From: Macrostomum hystrix
Lineage: Eukaryota; Animalia; Platyhelminthes
Length of the DNA: 64,000 bases
Direction of reading: 5' to 3'
Assembly: GCA_950097015.1 (NCBI GenBank)
Contig: CATNEN010000038.1
Span: 12,772,001-12,836,000, forward strand
Below are positions 1-11,636 of the stretch, piece after piece; the first letter of the stretch is position 1; every line of letters begins with the position of its first letter. The notes under the pieces were generated by a model, which saw only the letters and a list, made by a program, of their open reading frames with translations, was not told where the DNA came from and searched no databases. Both the position numbers and the translations under genes were made by a program.

Positions 1-1240
1 GGTTGCCGAAGTCTGTCAGTCGATCAAACAGCACCTGCTGTCCATCTTCATTCAGTAGATCTGGCTGCCTCTCAAAGTACCTGAACTGGTCTCGAAGAAC
101 TCTCTCGTAGGTGGTCCTGTTGGCCAGCTGGTCCTGGGTCAGCCTCTGCGACTCCAGGCTGCGCTCAACGTACACAGCAGCCTCGGAGTTGGTCACGCCG
201 ATCATGAGGTTCATGCCCTCAAAGCGACCGTTGCGGAAGGCCTCCACGGGATCTTCCTTGATGTAGTCTCCGTCGATGACAGGCGGGAACTCGATGCCCT
301 GGAACAGGCGGTTGTAGTTCGCTTGCTCTCTGATCAGGTTCTCAGGAGAGACATCGCGAAGGCACTCAATCGTAGCACTGAAGTTACCCTGCGTCGGGGG
401 CGGGCAGTTGAGCTGACGGACGGCGAAATCCAGGTGAATCCTCTCCACAAGAGCCGTGCTCTGACGCACCGACCAGAAAACTAGCGGGGATCCGCCGAGC
501 ATGACGGCACGCTTGAAGAATGTCCGTGTCCTCTCGTTCAGCATGTGGTATCCGATAGCCGCGGCGCCGGCGTCCAGACCCATCAGCGTCACGGTCTGCA
601 GGTTGCCTCCGAATTTCTCGATATTGAGGTGCACGTACTCGAGTCCGAGAGCCTGATCCTTCAGGCCCATGTTGCCGGGAGCCTGGGTGGCGCTGAGACG
701 AAGGAAGCCGAGAACGCCAAGTCGGTACTGCAGACTCACCGTCACAATCGACTCGTGAGATGTGAGCACACGACCTGAGTAGCTCTCGTCTGTAATGGAG
801 CCGCTCTCAAAGCGACCACCGTGGATCCACACGAGCACCGGGTAGCTTCCAGGGTTCGTGGACGTGCCATTGTACGGCGTCCAGATATTGGCAGCGATGC
901 AGCTCTCATCCATGTTCGTGAAGTCATTGCTAGCTCCGGGATCTTGGAAGCACGTGCGATCGAAATCGAGTACATCCTGGACGAAGTCCCACTGGGTGAA
1001 GACGGGGTGAGCGAACCGGAACTCTCCGGTGGGGACCTTGGCGAAGTTGATGCCAAGGAAGGAGCCGATGTGCACCGTCGAGTTTTCGGCAGCTCCGCTC
1101 GTCTCGATCACGGCGCCCCTGATTGGTCCAGTTGTGGTGTTGACTGTGAGGTACCTGACGATGGTGAAGTTTCGCTGCGCAGAAGCTGCTGTGGCAGCGA
1201 GTGCCAGCAGCAGCAGCAGACAGGTATGGGCCAATGCCAT
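1..1240 (-). CDS. Carboxyl/cholinesterase-fold (COesterase) protein, copy A, catalytic Ser replaced by Asp; runs off the window start
   Basis: ATG at 1240 (MALAHTCLLLLLALAATAASAQ signal peptide). Open frame with FLGINFA, VWIHGGRF, QYRLGVLGFL, GNMGLKDQ and GLDAG. Nearly identical to 36923-38165. Absent from the ORF track because no stop falls inside the window. Confidence 0.92.
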   Translation of the reverse strand, partial: MALAHTCLLLLLALAATAASAQRNFTIVRYLTVNTTTGPIRGAVIETSGAAENSTVHIGSFLGINFAKVPTGEFRFAHPVFTQWDFVQDVLDFDRTCFQDPGASNDFTNMDESCIAANIWTPYNGTSTNPGSYPVLVWIHGGRFESGSITDESYSGRVLTSHESIVTVSLQYRLGVLGFLRLSATQAPGNMGLKDQALGLEYVHLNIEKFGGNLQTVTLMGLDAGAAAIGYHMLNERTRTFFKRAVMLGGSPLVFWSVRQSTALVERIHLDFAVRQLNCPPPTQGNFSATIECLRDVSPENLIREQANYNRLFQGIEFPPVIDGDYIKEDPVEAFRNGRFEGMNLMIGVTNSEAAVYVERSLESQRLTQDQLANRTTYERVLRDQFRYFERQPDLLNEDGQQVLFDRLTDFGN

Positions 1241-1383
1241 GGGTTTCAGGGAAAGTGCTGTTTGAAGTGGTGTAAGGCGCAGCTTAGCCTCGGATCTGCT
1301 CCGTGCGTCTGGGTATAGAGCGAGCGCTGCTATATTTCTGCTCAGATTAGATATCGCTTGGTGACAGGAAAGTTTGCTTTTTT

Positions 1384-1397
1384 GTTACTAAGGTAAC
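1384..1397. promoter_or_regulatory. RFX X-box-like motif upstream of esterase-like copy A
   Basis: GTTACT-AA-GGTAAC fits the X-box pattern GTNRC(C/N)-N0-3-RGYAAC. It lies about 145 bp upstream of the ATG, and a counterpart is retained at 38297-38310. Confidence 0.5.
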
Positions 1398-3288
1398 AAA
1401 ATAGTTCTACAGTGGCATGGTCGGTTCGATGGCTTGTTTCTTGACTGCAGTAGTGCTACATATGTATATTATTATGTATATCTGGAACACCGGCGTCAGG
1501 TACAAACCTTGGTTTTATGCAACGCTTCATGGGTAAACAATATTAGTGTTCATGTAATTCACACGATTATATCTTGCCCTTTTGTTATTCTCCAGAACTT
1601 CACCATTTTTCGTTTGACGCAACCGCTACGTTTTCTCCCCGATAGCTTATTACTTACTATTAAGATCTCAATGATCTCAATGATCTCAATACTTCTAGAC
1701 TGCAAGTATTCTTCATATGATATCTGCAACCCGAGTCCCAGCAGAACTTACAGACATGCGACATGCATACATTTCTTCAGATCAGCTTCGATTTGTATGG
1801 AAGCACGTCGCAATTAATTCGATACATGCGAATACTGAATACTACGATACTACTTCCAGATGGACTGTTGGACCAATTCAGCACGTCGTCAGGCGTGCTG
1901 CAGAGTGACTCTGGCGCTTTTCCTGTTTGTGCTGGCACTGGACTGGGTGCTGAGGAACGGCCTGCCCAACGCCGATACTAGGGCTTCCTGCTGAGAAGGC
2001 GCATGAGTCAGCGGCACCCGGAGAAGCGGCTTTCCGTTCTCGGCAACGCGTAAGACCTCGCGTTTCTGTTATCGACGGCCGAAGGCGCTCAGAGGCTGCT
2101 GGATGGCCTGACGGCGGCAGCATCGCGGGTCTGGCCTGGGCCGCTCTGTGAGCTCCGTGCTCTAATCTGATCGAGGCCCTGGACGACGGGCTCAGCTGTT
2201 TCAGGCAGTCGTTGAGACTGTCTTGATCTGGACCCTGACGGATGCCTTGGAGAGGCAGCTGGACGCCGCGCATGCCTACCTGCAATCCTGGGTTCTCAGC
2301 GGCCCAGGCAGCGAGACTACCGTGCATTTGCACGTGCCGTGCAAAGCCCATGCCGGCAGCCCAAGCCCAAGCCCAAGCAAAGCCCAAAGCCCAAGCCCAT
2401 GCCACGCTCTACGCAAGGGCGCACCTGATGCGGCTACTTCGACTGGCTGGCCACGTCATCCGTCACATGGCCACGTCGGAGGCCCGCTGCCCTGAGCCGC
2501 TGCACGACGTGCTGCTCATGCTGCTGGGACCCAGTCTGGGCGCAGGCGAGGCCAAGTGCGAACGGCGAGATTTTTCTGACCGGCTTCTGAGTGATGCTGG
2601 CGCCCCGGACAAAGCTAGCGGCCGGGTGCGAATTTTTGAGGTTGTTGGCCCAGAAACGCGCTCTCTGCAGACTTCCCCCCCTAGACCCAGTTCATGGACA
2701 GATCATCCATGGTCCATGGCCCATTGAAGATTCATGGATGGCCATGGCTTTTTCATGCATGGAATATTGTCGCAATTAAAATTCTCCATGCTGAACCATG
2801 CATGGGAAACCTTTTATTTTACCCTATTTGCAAAGTATTTTTAATCTATATCACATAAATTATTTACTTTTTAAACGCAAATGAGCAAAAATAGAATCTT
2901 CTTTTCAAGATAACTGTATGTTAAAAAGTACATTTTTGTTAATATAGTTAACTACGCATATTTTTCAAATTAATTTCTCGTCTGACGGCGGCCATTTTGT
3001 TTTTAATTTTATTCACTTTTAGCTCTTCAGTGGTTCAGATTATTTATTCCGATACATTCTATCACAAATTATCACAAATCGGAATAATTTTACCGAAGTT
3101 TATATATAAAATTATATAACAATATAATAATTTAATTAATTAAATAATAATATAAATGTCTATAAATATTATATATGCATTGACCAAGTGATCATAACAA
3201 CAAACATCGAGCTAGCTTCCCCACACCTTTTTGTTGTTTTGTCCAAGTTTACAAGTTTGTCCTTATTTATTTATTTGCTATTTTTAAA

Positions 3289-5140
3289 ATGCAAGCAATT
3301 GGTCAAAGAGCAAAGAAAAGGGCCCCTTCTCGGATCCCAGATGACTTCTCTTCTGTCTTTTTCTGTTTTGTTCTCCCAAATACATCATTTGAGGAGAAGA
3401 TTGCTTGCATTGCTTTTGGTTCACCATATTGGCCATCTGCATTATCTGGTGATGAAAAAATGAGTTTGTCATTTGTAAGTTGTATTTTATTGACAATTCT
3501 TAAAAAATTAAACTATTAGATTTATAATAAACAATTTGTAATAATAAATGTAATTCAAAACATTTTAGGGCTCTACTGTTTATTTGCAAATGTATGGTCA
3601 ACTATTTGCTGCTAAGCTTGTTGCCAAAGGCTCTCAGCGACAAATGGCCTCTTTCATGGAAAATCTGTCATCATTAGTCAGTGAGGCTGAAGGGACAGAT
3701 TGTTTAGTTGAGAAAGCCATAGCAGCCTTTATTTCTTTGAATACTTGTCCACCAGCTAAGCAGTCACGACAAATGGTTTCTACAAATGTTGCTGAGTCTG
3801 AAGATCTTGTTGATGACCTTGGACTCTATGGGTCCTTAGCTGATGCTGCTAGGCCTAATGAATCTATTAGTGGCCCTAGCAGTGGCACTCAAGGTGCCAC
3901 TCTTCTTGATACTCCTCATTGCATGTCTTGTGAGTATCAAAAAAAAATTCACTTTATTTTGGCTATTTGGTTATTAATTCACATTAACAATTTAAATTGA
4001 AGTGTCCTTTTGTGTTTAATTTTAGCTGCAGCACAAATTGCTTACCAGAAAGAAATGCGCATCATTTCTGAAGAAGCTGCTCGAGCAACAGGCCTATTAG
4101 ATAGAAGTCAGTTTTTCTTTATAGCTATTTAATTTAGGATTCTCTTTTAAAATACATTACCACTGTTTCCTTTAATGAAGGCACTGCTAGTCCAAGTTCT
4201 ATTGTACTACAAGATCAACTTGGTGATGTTTCTACCAAGCAGACAGGAATTTCTGCAGGTATTTATATAGTTGTTGAATCAAATTAATTCAGCCACACTT
4301 TGTTCTAGCTTTAATATTTTTTACTTTTAGATGTGCAGAACTTCATTCGTGGAGAATTAGCTGCTCTTGAAAAGCAGCTTATGGTCAGAATCAGCCGCCT
4401 TCTGAAGAAAGATAGTAACTTCAAAGGGCATCTCACAATAAAGGAGTTTGAGGATGAGGTACTTTTGATAATATGATTTATATAAATGCCTAAAAATGTA
4501 TTTTTCTATTTTAATAGTCATAATTTTTTATTACTGGATCCAGGAATTCCGCTCCATTGATGGGAAGCTGGTGACTATCTCATCAATTCTATGCAATGAG
4601 CCTAAGGTTTTCATAAGGAACTACATTCAGCTTCGTTTTGGACAAGGCTACCTTATGGACTATATTATTGATTCGACCTGTGGAGGACGTAGTCAGCGCA
4701 TGCCAGCTCCAGCAACACATGTTATGGAATTTCAGCGTAGGATTTTTTCACTCTATGAAATTTTATTTATTTGTTGCAATTGTAGCCTGTAGGATGTTAT
4801 AGTTTTGCTTTTACTTTTTTGTGTCTTTTTGGTTTGTTTTATTATATGTTAAATGTTAAGTCTATGTTCCAGATGCATTCCGAAAATGGTATTATGCGAT
4901 GTAAAGATATATTGTGGTCACCCTACAAATGTCTTTGCAGGTCTCCTGCAAGTCTGCTACAGAACAAGTGGTTTCGATTTTTCTGAAATCTGGCGAGCTG
5001 TACGGGATTATCTCAACCAGCTGGCTCGTGAGCAGACTCGGTTATCCAAGGAGCAGAATCTGCAGCCTAAAGAGCAAAGTCGAAGGTCCTCCAAAGGCAA
5101 GCAGGCACCTCTCGATTCTGTCCTCCGTGTAATTGATTAA
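3289..5140 (+). CDS. Element 1 accessory protein, 7 exons, about 408 aa; C-terminus BEN/DUF4806-like (tentative)
   Basis: Exons 3289-3474, 3569-3929, 4026-4106, 4181-4258, 4331-4458, 4544-4736 and 4941-5140. All introns are GT-AG, and phases 0,1,1,1,0,1 join without stops. A coiled-coil-like segment (VQNFIRGELAALEKQLMVRISRLLK) precedes KVFIRNYIQLRFGQGYLMDY...FSEIWRAVRDYLNQLAR. Start codon uncertain. Confidence 0.7.
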
Positions 5141-7437
5141 TGACCAGCAGTGAGAGTGACAAGTCTCTTTCAACCGACTATTCCGCTTATTCTGTTGAAT
5201 CTTTGTCGTCTCCAAATTCAAATTTAAGTAGTGTAAGTTCATCACCTGTCCCGATTTCTGAGGAACAAGCACCAATACCCGCTAGTCAGGCAAACACTCC
5301 ATCTAGTAGTCGCTGTAATTTAGACAATAAGTCAGATTCAGAAAGTCTCGATTATTTAGAATCTTTAGTTACTGTCTCTGACTCAGGGGTCAGAGCGGCC
5401 TTGTTATATTTTTTAGTAGTATCATCAGGTATCTCCGAGGCTGCACTCGAAAGGATTCTCAAGTTATTTAGCATTTTAAATCGTGGCTCACCAGAAGTAT
5501 TTCCAGCGACTGTTCCTTTGTTAAAATCAAGTCTCAAGTCAGTTTGTTCGATAGAAAGTAGTTTTGTATCTGAGGTGCTTCTTTGCAATGTCTGCAAAGG
5601 GCAGTGCGATGCTCATCCTGAATCTGGGAAGGCTCGAGTAAGTATTTTAGATATTACTCCACAGCTGTGCGCCACCTTGAATAAACACCTAAGTACTATT
5701 TTAGAATATGAGCAAGAATTAAAGCAAACTCATAATACTGATGTTTTAAACTCGCAAATTGTTCGCGATCGCAATTTACCATTAAGCTCTGATAAAAATG
5801 TACACCTGCACCTACTTTTATCCGCTGATGGCGCTAATCTTTTTGAAAGTGTTCGTTCTAGCTTTTGGCCTTTTCAGGCTCAAATTCTCAACCTTCCAGC
5901 TCGAATTAGACAGCGCTTCACCAATTTAATTTTATTAGGTCTTGTCCAAGCAACTTCTATTCCTTCGTTTGATATTATTTTGCCAATTATTCTGACTACT
6001 TTACCAAATCAATTTGTATTCAAGGACTACACTATTTATGTCCACTCGACTTTATTTGTATGCGATTTACCTGCTCTAGCTAAGCTATTCTGCATTCGAC
6101 AATTCAATGGGGCCTTCAGTTGCCCAAAATGTGAGCACCCAGGTGAATCATTCAAAGTATCCAGCAAAGGGATCAACTGGATTTTTAGGTTTGACGAGCA
6201 GCATATTTTTCCTTTACGAACAGTGGAATCCCACAAACGACATTGTCAGTTGTCTCGTATTCGTGGTAAGCCTGTTGTTGGAGTAAAATCGGAGAGTTTT
6301 TTACTACAATATATAGCGTTTCCTGACTGCAATCCTATCGACTCTTTGCATTGTTTTTTTGAAGGCCAAGTTAAGTGCATTCTCGAGGAAATTACTTCCC
6401 TATCTAACCGACCGCAGTCGTTTTTTTGTTCGGGTCATGTCATTGAGTACGTTTCCAACTGTTTAAAAGGCGCCGTCGTGCCATCGTGCGTGTCCTTTCC
6501 AACATCATTTTCTTCTTTCACTGACTGGAAGGCAAAGCATTACAAAAATGTTGCTTTTTATCTTATGTTTCCTTTATTTGCTTTGCGTATCAACAACCAG
6601 GCTCTAAAATTTTTAATAATTACTTCATCCCTTTTGTACCACATGCTGTATAACGTAAAGTCGCTCGAAAAGGATATACAAGAATTAGCTGAAGCCTTGG
6701 TTAAGCAGGTACACTCAGTTTTTGGATTGCGACTTTTGCGACTAAACTTTCATTTAATATTACATATCGCTAAGCAATATGCGCAGCTAGGCCCTGTTTG
6801 TAATTATTCCATGTTTTCGTTTGAGAGTTCGATTGGTAATTTTAAGAAATATTTATGCGGAACTTCTTCCTTTGGCTCACAATTAGTTACAAAGTTTTTA
6901 CTACAAAAGGAGCTGGCTCTATTTTTGTCTCAGCAAACTGATCCACTTGTTAAAGAAGCTTATAATGCTATCGCAATTGAACCGATCCGGTCAGAAGGAA
7001 TTTTGAAGAAATCTCTCGCCTATATCAATGGCAATTTTTTCTCACCCCAAGGTGCTACGTTTATTTCATCTAATAACCACGTGTGTAGAACCACTGCCGG
7101 TGAATTTTGCTCTATTATTAATTTTCAACCACCAATGCATGTTCTTGTACGTGTTCTGCACCCTATGAGCTCCTTATTTGACTACGTTATGTCCAACACA
7201 AACTGGGATGAGAATGCAGATTTAGCAGAATGGCGATTGCTGTTGCAAACTAAGTATGCTAAAGTAAATAATTTTCATTTTATACTCGTCAACATTTCTA
7301 ATTCTAGTGTCAATGCTACCGAAAAGTTGATACCATTAAGTGACTTAGGTCGCCCATGTATTGCCCTGCCCATGAAACTTATCGATGTAAATACGTATTG
7401 TTTGATTCCATTGTGTAGCGAGTTTGAGCACGACTAG
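5140..7437 (+). CDS. CACTA/EnSpm-type DDE transposase, 765 aa, intronless
   Basis: CxxC zinc motif (LCNVCKGQC), SADG (D1), SFWP, CDLPA (D2), QFNGAFSCPKC, DSLH (D/CxxH motif), WKAKHY, NFHLILH, MFSFES (E). Confidence 0.92.
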   Translation: MTSSESDKSLSTDYSAYSVESLSSPNSNLSSVSSSPVPISEEQAPIPASQANTPSSSRCNLDNKSDSESLDYLESLVTVSDSGVRAALLYFLVVSSGISEAALERILKLFSILNRGSPEVFPATVPLLKSSLKSVCSIESSFVSEVLLCNVCKGQCDAHPESGKARVSILDITPQLCATLNKHLSTILEYEQELKQTHNTDVLNSQIVRDRNLPLSSDKNVHLHLLLSADGANLFESVRSSFWPFQAQILNLPARIRQRFTNLILLGLVQATSIPSFDIILPIILTTLPNQFVFKDYTIYVHSTLFVCDLPALAKLFCIRQFNGAFSCPKCEHPGESFKVSSKGINWIFRFDEQHIFPLRTVESHKRHCQLSRIRGKPVVGVKSESFLLQYIAFPDCNPIDSLHCFFEGQVKCILEEITSLSNRPQSFFCSGHVIEYVSNCLKGAVVPSCVSFPTSFSSFTDWKAKHYKNVAFYLMFPLFALRINNQALKFLIITSSLLYHMLYNVKSLEKDIQELAEALVKQVHSVFGLRLLRLNFHLILHIAKQYAQLGPVCNYSMFSFESSIGNFKKYLCGTSSFGSQLVTKFLLQKELALFLSQQTDPLVKEAYNAIAIEPIRSEGILKKSLAYINGNFFSPQGATFISSNNHVCRTTAGEFCSIINFQPPMHVLVRVLHPMSSLFDYVMSNTNWDENADLAEWRLLLQTKYAKVNNFHFILVNISNSSVNATEKLIPLSDLGRPCIALPMKLIDVNTYCLIPLCSEFEHD

Positions 7438-9796
7438 TTGACTACAATTTTATGTTCTTTTTTATTACAAGCGTCCTGCATTAAGAGTCACATGTTGTTA
7501 CTGCCAGAGGTTTTATTAGCCTGTTAAAAAAACAGAAAAAATTACTTTGAATTCTCTAAAAAACTAAAAGAGTTTCTAGAACTCTGGGGATTTTTCACAA
7601 CTCTGAATAAAAATTTAGGATTCTGGGATTAAAAATGTAGAGATTTTGGCATTGAAAATTCGGAGATTTTTATGTGGCAATGGCACTGTATTCGACTGTT
7701 TGTGGTTACCAAATGGTCACTGTTGCAAAATCAATGAATTTATTATTTATTTATTGCTTAACTTATTTACCACTGATACTTTGACTTCGTACAATTTGGA
7801 CCTACAATTAATAAACAATCGGAAACCTACTTATTTTGTCTCTTTATTTTTAACTATGGCTACTTATTAAAGGCGAATGTCTTTCTATATAATTTAGTTC
7901 TTTATACTGCACTCTCATTCCTCGATAAACTATTTTGCATGCACATTTCGATGGCAAAATGTATACCCATGGAGGCCCATAGATGGACAGAAGCGCCATG
8001 AATGATCATGGATGGTATAAATTCCATGGATGTAATATGCATGGACACATGTATGAACATGTATGGGACCATGGATGTTCCTGGATGATCCATGCATGGG
8101 ACAATGCTAGGCTCCATGGATGATCTGTCCATGATCTGGGTCTAGGGCCCCTTTCTGGCCCTCTGACTCCTCCCCACTGCGTGGCTGGTGGGAGCAGTTC
8201 TTTGTTTTAGTTGTTGTGCGATACTATTATTCCCTTATTCTAAGGGAAATATAAAAAAGTGTTGGCTTACTATATTGCAACAAATAAGTATGACTAAGAC
8301 CAAATCAAGCTACACTGCGTAAAATCGGATTTAGGACACTTACAGGAGAAAAAAAAATTCGAGATAAGTTACGAGATAAATTACGAGATAACGAGATTAC
8401 GAGAAAATAACGAGATTCTTGTTTCTAGAATACGAGTAACAATTGGGGAATCGGTATAGGGTCAAGTTCCGTACAAGCTGTATCCAAGCTAATTGTTGTC
8501 GTCATTAACCTTTAGTTGTTCTAAGAATTTGGCAACTTTTTAACGTAGCTCTCACCAATCTGCGTGCACGCGCGCGCATGATGACCGTTTTTTCGGTACC
8601 AGTTCCATGATCGCCGTAAGCATTTTAAACACTTTGAGGTATTGCTTTTTCCTGGCTGTTATGCCTATTTTACCTTGATGTGTTTAGCTAATAGAATATA
8701 AATGTCCTAGTTGAATTCTTAGCGCTAGCTAGCAAATTTTATGAAAATTTTGGGATAATTAAAATAACATAATCTATACTCATATCGATCGCCATCCATA
8801 ATATAGACAGTCAGTAACCTAGCCTAGGTATAGACGGGTATTCCTTTAGTCTATATAAGATTGTCGGGCTAGCTTAAAATGTAAGGACTATGTTAATTAA
8901 TATTTATGTTAATATAACAGTATATATTCATTTGCCATTGAAACATATTCCTTAATAAATATTAGGCCCCTATTGTTAATTTTAAGCCAAGGCCTAAGCA
9001 AGGGCTAAGCATGTATTTTGTTGATAGGCCCTAAGTTTTTATGTCTAAAAGGTTGGACCACTAAAAAGGCCTAGCATTTTAAATAACAATAATTATTCTA
9101 ATCATGAAATGGTCTTAACCTCTAGCCTGTAGTAGGCTTAGGCTACCACTTAGAGGCAAAGAACATTTATATAGGCATTGCTTGTAAATTTTCACAAATT
9201 CTGTTCTGTAATCTACAGGCCTAGGCCCTACTTACAGGTCTGTATATGCTATGCATCTATGTATATATTTTTGCTACTATTTCTGCAAAAACAATGAATC
9301 AGTAGCATTGTTTTAACTTCCTAGACCAAACATTATTTTTAACAATATTAAATTTGTCTAATTAAATGGTTGTTTAAATTGGTTAAATAACCTAAATAAG
9401 TTTTAACTCTTGACAAACCTTTATTAAACCATTATTTAACCATTCGGGTGTCTTAGGCCCACAAGTACAAATTCAGACCAATGTATAGCATTTCCAATGC
9501 TATTTGAGAGCCATCTAAATGAACACCTCCTCTTCCCATGAAATAGTTTGTCAACTGCCAACTTCTTATATACTAAAAATAAAATGCTTGCTTTCTTTAC
9601 TATTTGGCAACTATTGAATTTCCTAAAATTTTGAAGTATAGACTTCTGATTGTTTGAACTACCACTAAAAACGAAAAAAAACTTTTAACACAATATTTTT
9701 GTTTAATAACTGGTAACAATTGTAAAACAACTTAATGTAACTTAACTGCAAAATGTTATTAATTAGCTAGTTACCTTCCTTCTGCACTGCAACTAA

Positions 9797-11636
9797 CAGT
9801 GGCACAACCAGGATTTTCTTAAGGGGGGGCGGAGCAGACCAGCAGCTTCCCCTCCCCTCTTAAGTCTCACTTGCTTACCTTGAAATTAGAGCTCTCATGT
9901 AAGCCAAAGATGACGCAAATGTGGCAGAAAAGTCCATTCCTTGCATGAGAGAATGTCAGCCATGGAGTTCTCTGTAGATGGTCAAGCCGCAAGTAACGTT
10001 TCTCAACTTACCCTTGGACATTCACTCCTCATATGGCATTTGGTAGGTTGGAGGAGGCGTCCAAGAATTGGTGAGAAATTGCAGTTTCGTGGCTGAATCA
10101 GCAGGGTTAGAGAAGAGTCCAATGTCAAGCCTGAATAAAGAGGAAAACAGTTAAGCCGATTGGGTAAAGACCTTGAATTAGTTAATGTATCATGTCGATG
10201 TCATGCATTGATTCTGCAATACATTGTAACATTTCTCCGTTTGTACAGCAGTCCTGAAGTAAAATATGCCAATTTCTGATTGCTTACTTTGAAAGAGCTG
10301 GAGCACTTGTTGATTCTACTGATGAATCTGCTGGCATAGGCTTTGAACTTGGCCTGGCATCTGCGCCATCCAGAGCAGACTTGTTCAGACCAGCTCTAGC
10401 AGGATCATGATTTAAACCTGATTTAGCAGCTGTAGCTGCAGTAGCGGCCACGGGGTCAGCAGACACACTGATGGGTCCAGGTGAATTGTGGCCAAAAAAG
10501 GATGTTAGGAGCCACTGACACTTCTTTGGTGGTGGACCAACTCGTGCTGGTCCTCAATCTGGGTCAGGGTCACATAGGCATTCAGGCATAAGTGGCACAA
10601 AATCATGTGTTGGAGCAGGAACAGGAATTGAGGCCAAGGCCGACGCCGATTGCACTTCATCATCATCCAATAGTCGTGCTGCTGATGAAGCTGAATCACA
10701 TGTTTTTGCAGAAACAGGAATTGCAGCAGCAGCTCAAACTCAAAGCGACTCCGACTGGGGGGACTGCGAGTCCTGGTCCCAATTATCTTTACCGTTCATA
10801 GATCTAGACTAGATCTCTCCTGCTTTGCAGCTTTTTGCATGTTGATTTAATTACTTAATTGACTGAAATCTTAATAAGTCAAGTCAACAGACAATTGCCG
10901 TTAGAACAGTTAATATCCAAGTATTCCTAATGTTAAAAACTCTGCTCTGCTCTTATACAAGTAGGCAGTAACAACAGTAGAAATAACAGTCAGAAATTGA
11001 ACTTGTACTGTACATCATTGATCCTCTTTACATGTACATCTTTCTTTGGGAAGGGTGAGGTGGGGACAGGGTGGGGAAGGCAGGCACCAGTGTAAAGGCA
11101 CCAAGAATAGGCCCACCTCAGGCTCAGCCACACATTTCCTTTCCCTTGGACCACGTCCATCACCACTCTTCTTTGCCTCCTTCCCTTGTCTAATGTCCAA
11201 TACTACACATTTCGATTAAAACACAACACTGAAGACTCAATAACAACTACTGTACATTTGGGCCTTGGCATGGTTGGCTTGGGTTGGGGGGCTAGCTTGT
11301 TTAGGGTAGGATAGGAAGGGAAGAGGGTCAGACTGCCAACAGCAAAAGGGCCAATAGGCATGATAGTGATAGGGAGGAAGGCGGTTTAGCTTAAGCTTAC
11401 AAAACTGCAGTCCGCTGTGCCCAGCCGGGGCTGCCTGCCTGCCAAGCGACATATTTGGTTACTTAACTCCAGTAGGCTTTCCTTCTAAATCTAAACTGTA
11501 AACAGAAAAGATGTTAGTATTACCTCAATCCCTTGATATCATCAATGAACAAAAATCATGTCTTATTCTGTTTGGTCAGACGGTCACCCATAAGGGGGGG
11601 GGCGGCCGCCCCCCGCCCCCCCTAGTTGCGCTAGTG
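9797..11636 (-). mobile_element. Internally deleted, non-autonomous hAT transposon
   Basis: Imperfect 16-bp TIRs (CAGTGGCACAACCAGG versus reverse complement CACTAGCGCAACTAGG). 8-bp TSD GCAACTAA (9789-9796) / GCAACTGA (11637-11644). G/C-run subterminal motifs. Carries a transposase remnant. Confidence 0.8.
9879..10830 (-). pseudogene. hAT transposase N-terminal remnant (TTF-type zinc finger)
   Basis: Exon 10130-9879 reads LDIGLF...SWTPPPTYQMPYEE* and, after a frameshift, KRYLRLDHLQRTPWLTFSHARNGLFCHICVIFG. An upstream exon has LLTSFF and a donor near 10287. No catalytic core is present. Confidence 0.7.

Larger units (their letters stand above)
2679..8147 (+). mobile_element. CACTA/EnSpm-type (CMC superfamily) DNA transposon, element 1, apparently intact
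   Basis: About 34-bp TIRs: CCCTAGACCCAGTTCATGGACAGATCATCCATGG at 2679 and its reverse complement ending at 8147, with 1 mismatch. Flanked by C runs (TSD CC; 2-4 bp cannot be distinguished here). CATG/CCATGG-rich subterminal regions. Contains a transposase ORF. Confidence 0.92.

Noticed and set aside
545-1318. Plus-strand ORFs over esterase copy A, and the equivalent antisense ORFs over copies B, C and the element 2 genes
   Set aside because: They are antisense shadows of GC-rich coding sequence.
1-1353. Copy A as a pure assembly duplicate of copy B
   Set aside because: They differ by a Leu-codon indel, scattered silent changes, a clustered nonsynonymous patch and different upstream sequence. 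A haplotype or polyploid origin is not fully excluded.
1880-2678. GC-rich, exon-like segment interrupted by element 1
   Set aside because: Stops and frameshifts occur in all frames and no motif is recognisable. It may be a decayed gene fragment but cannot be named.
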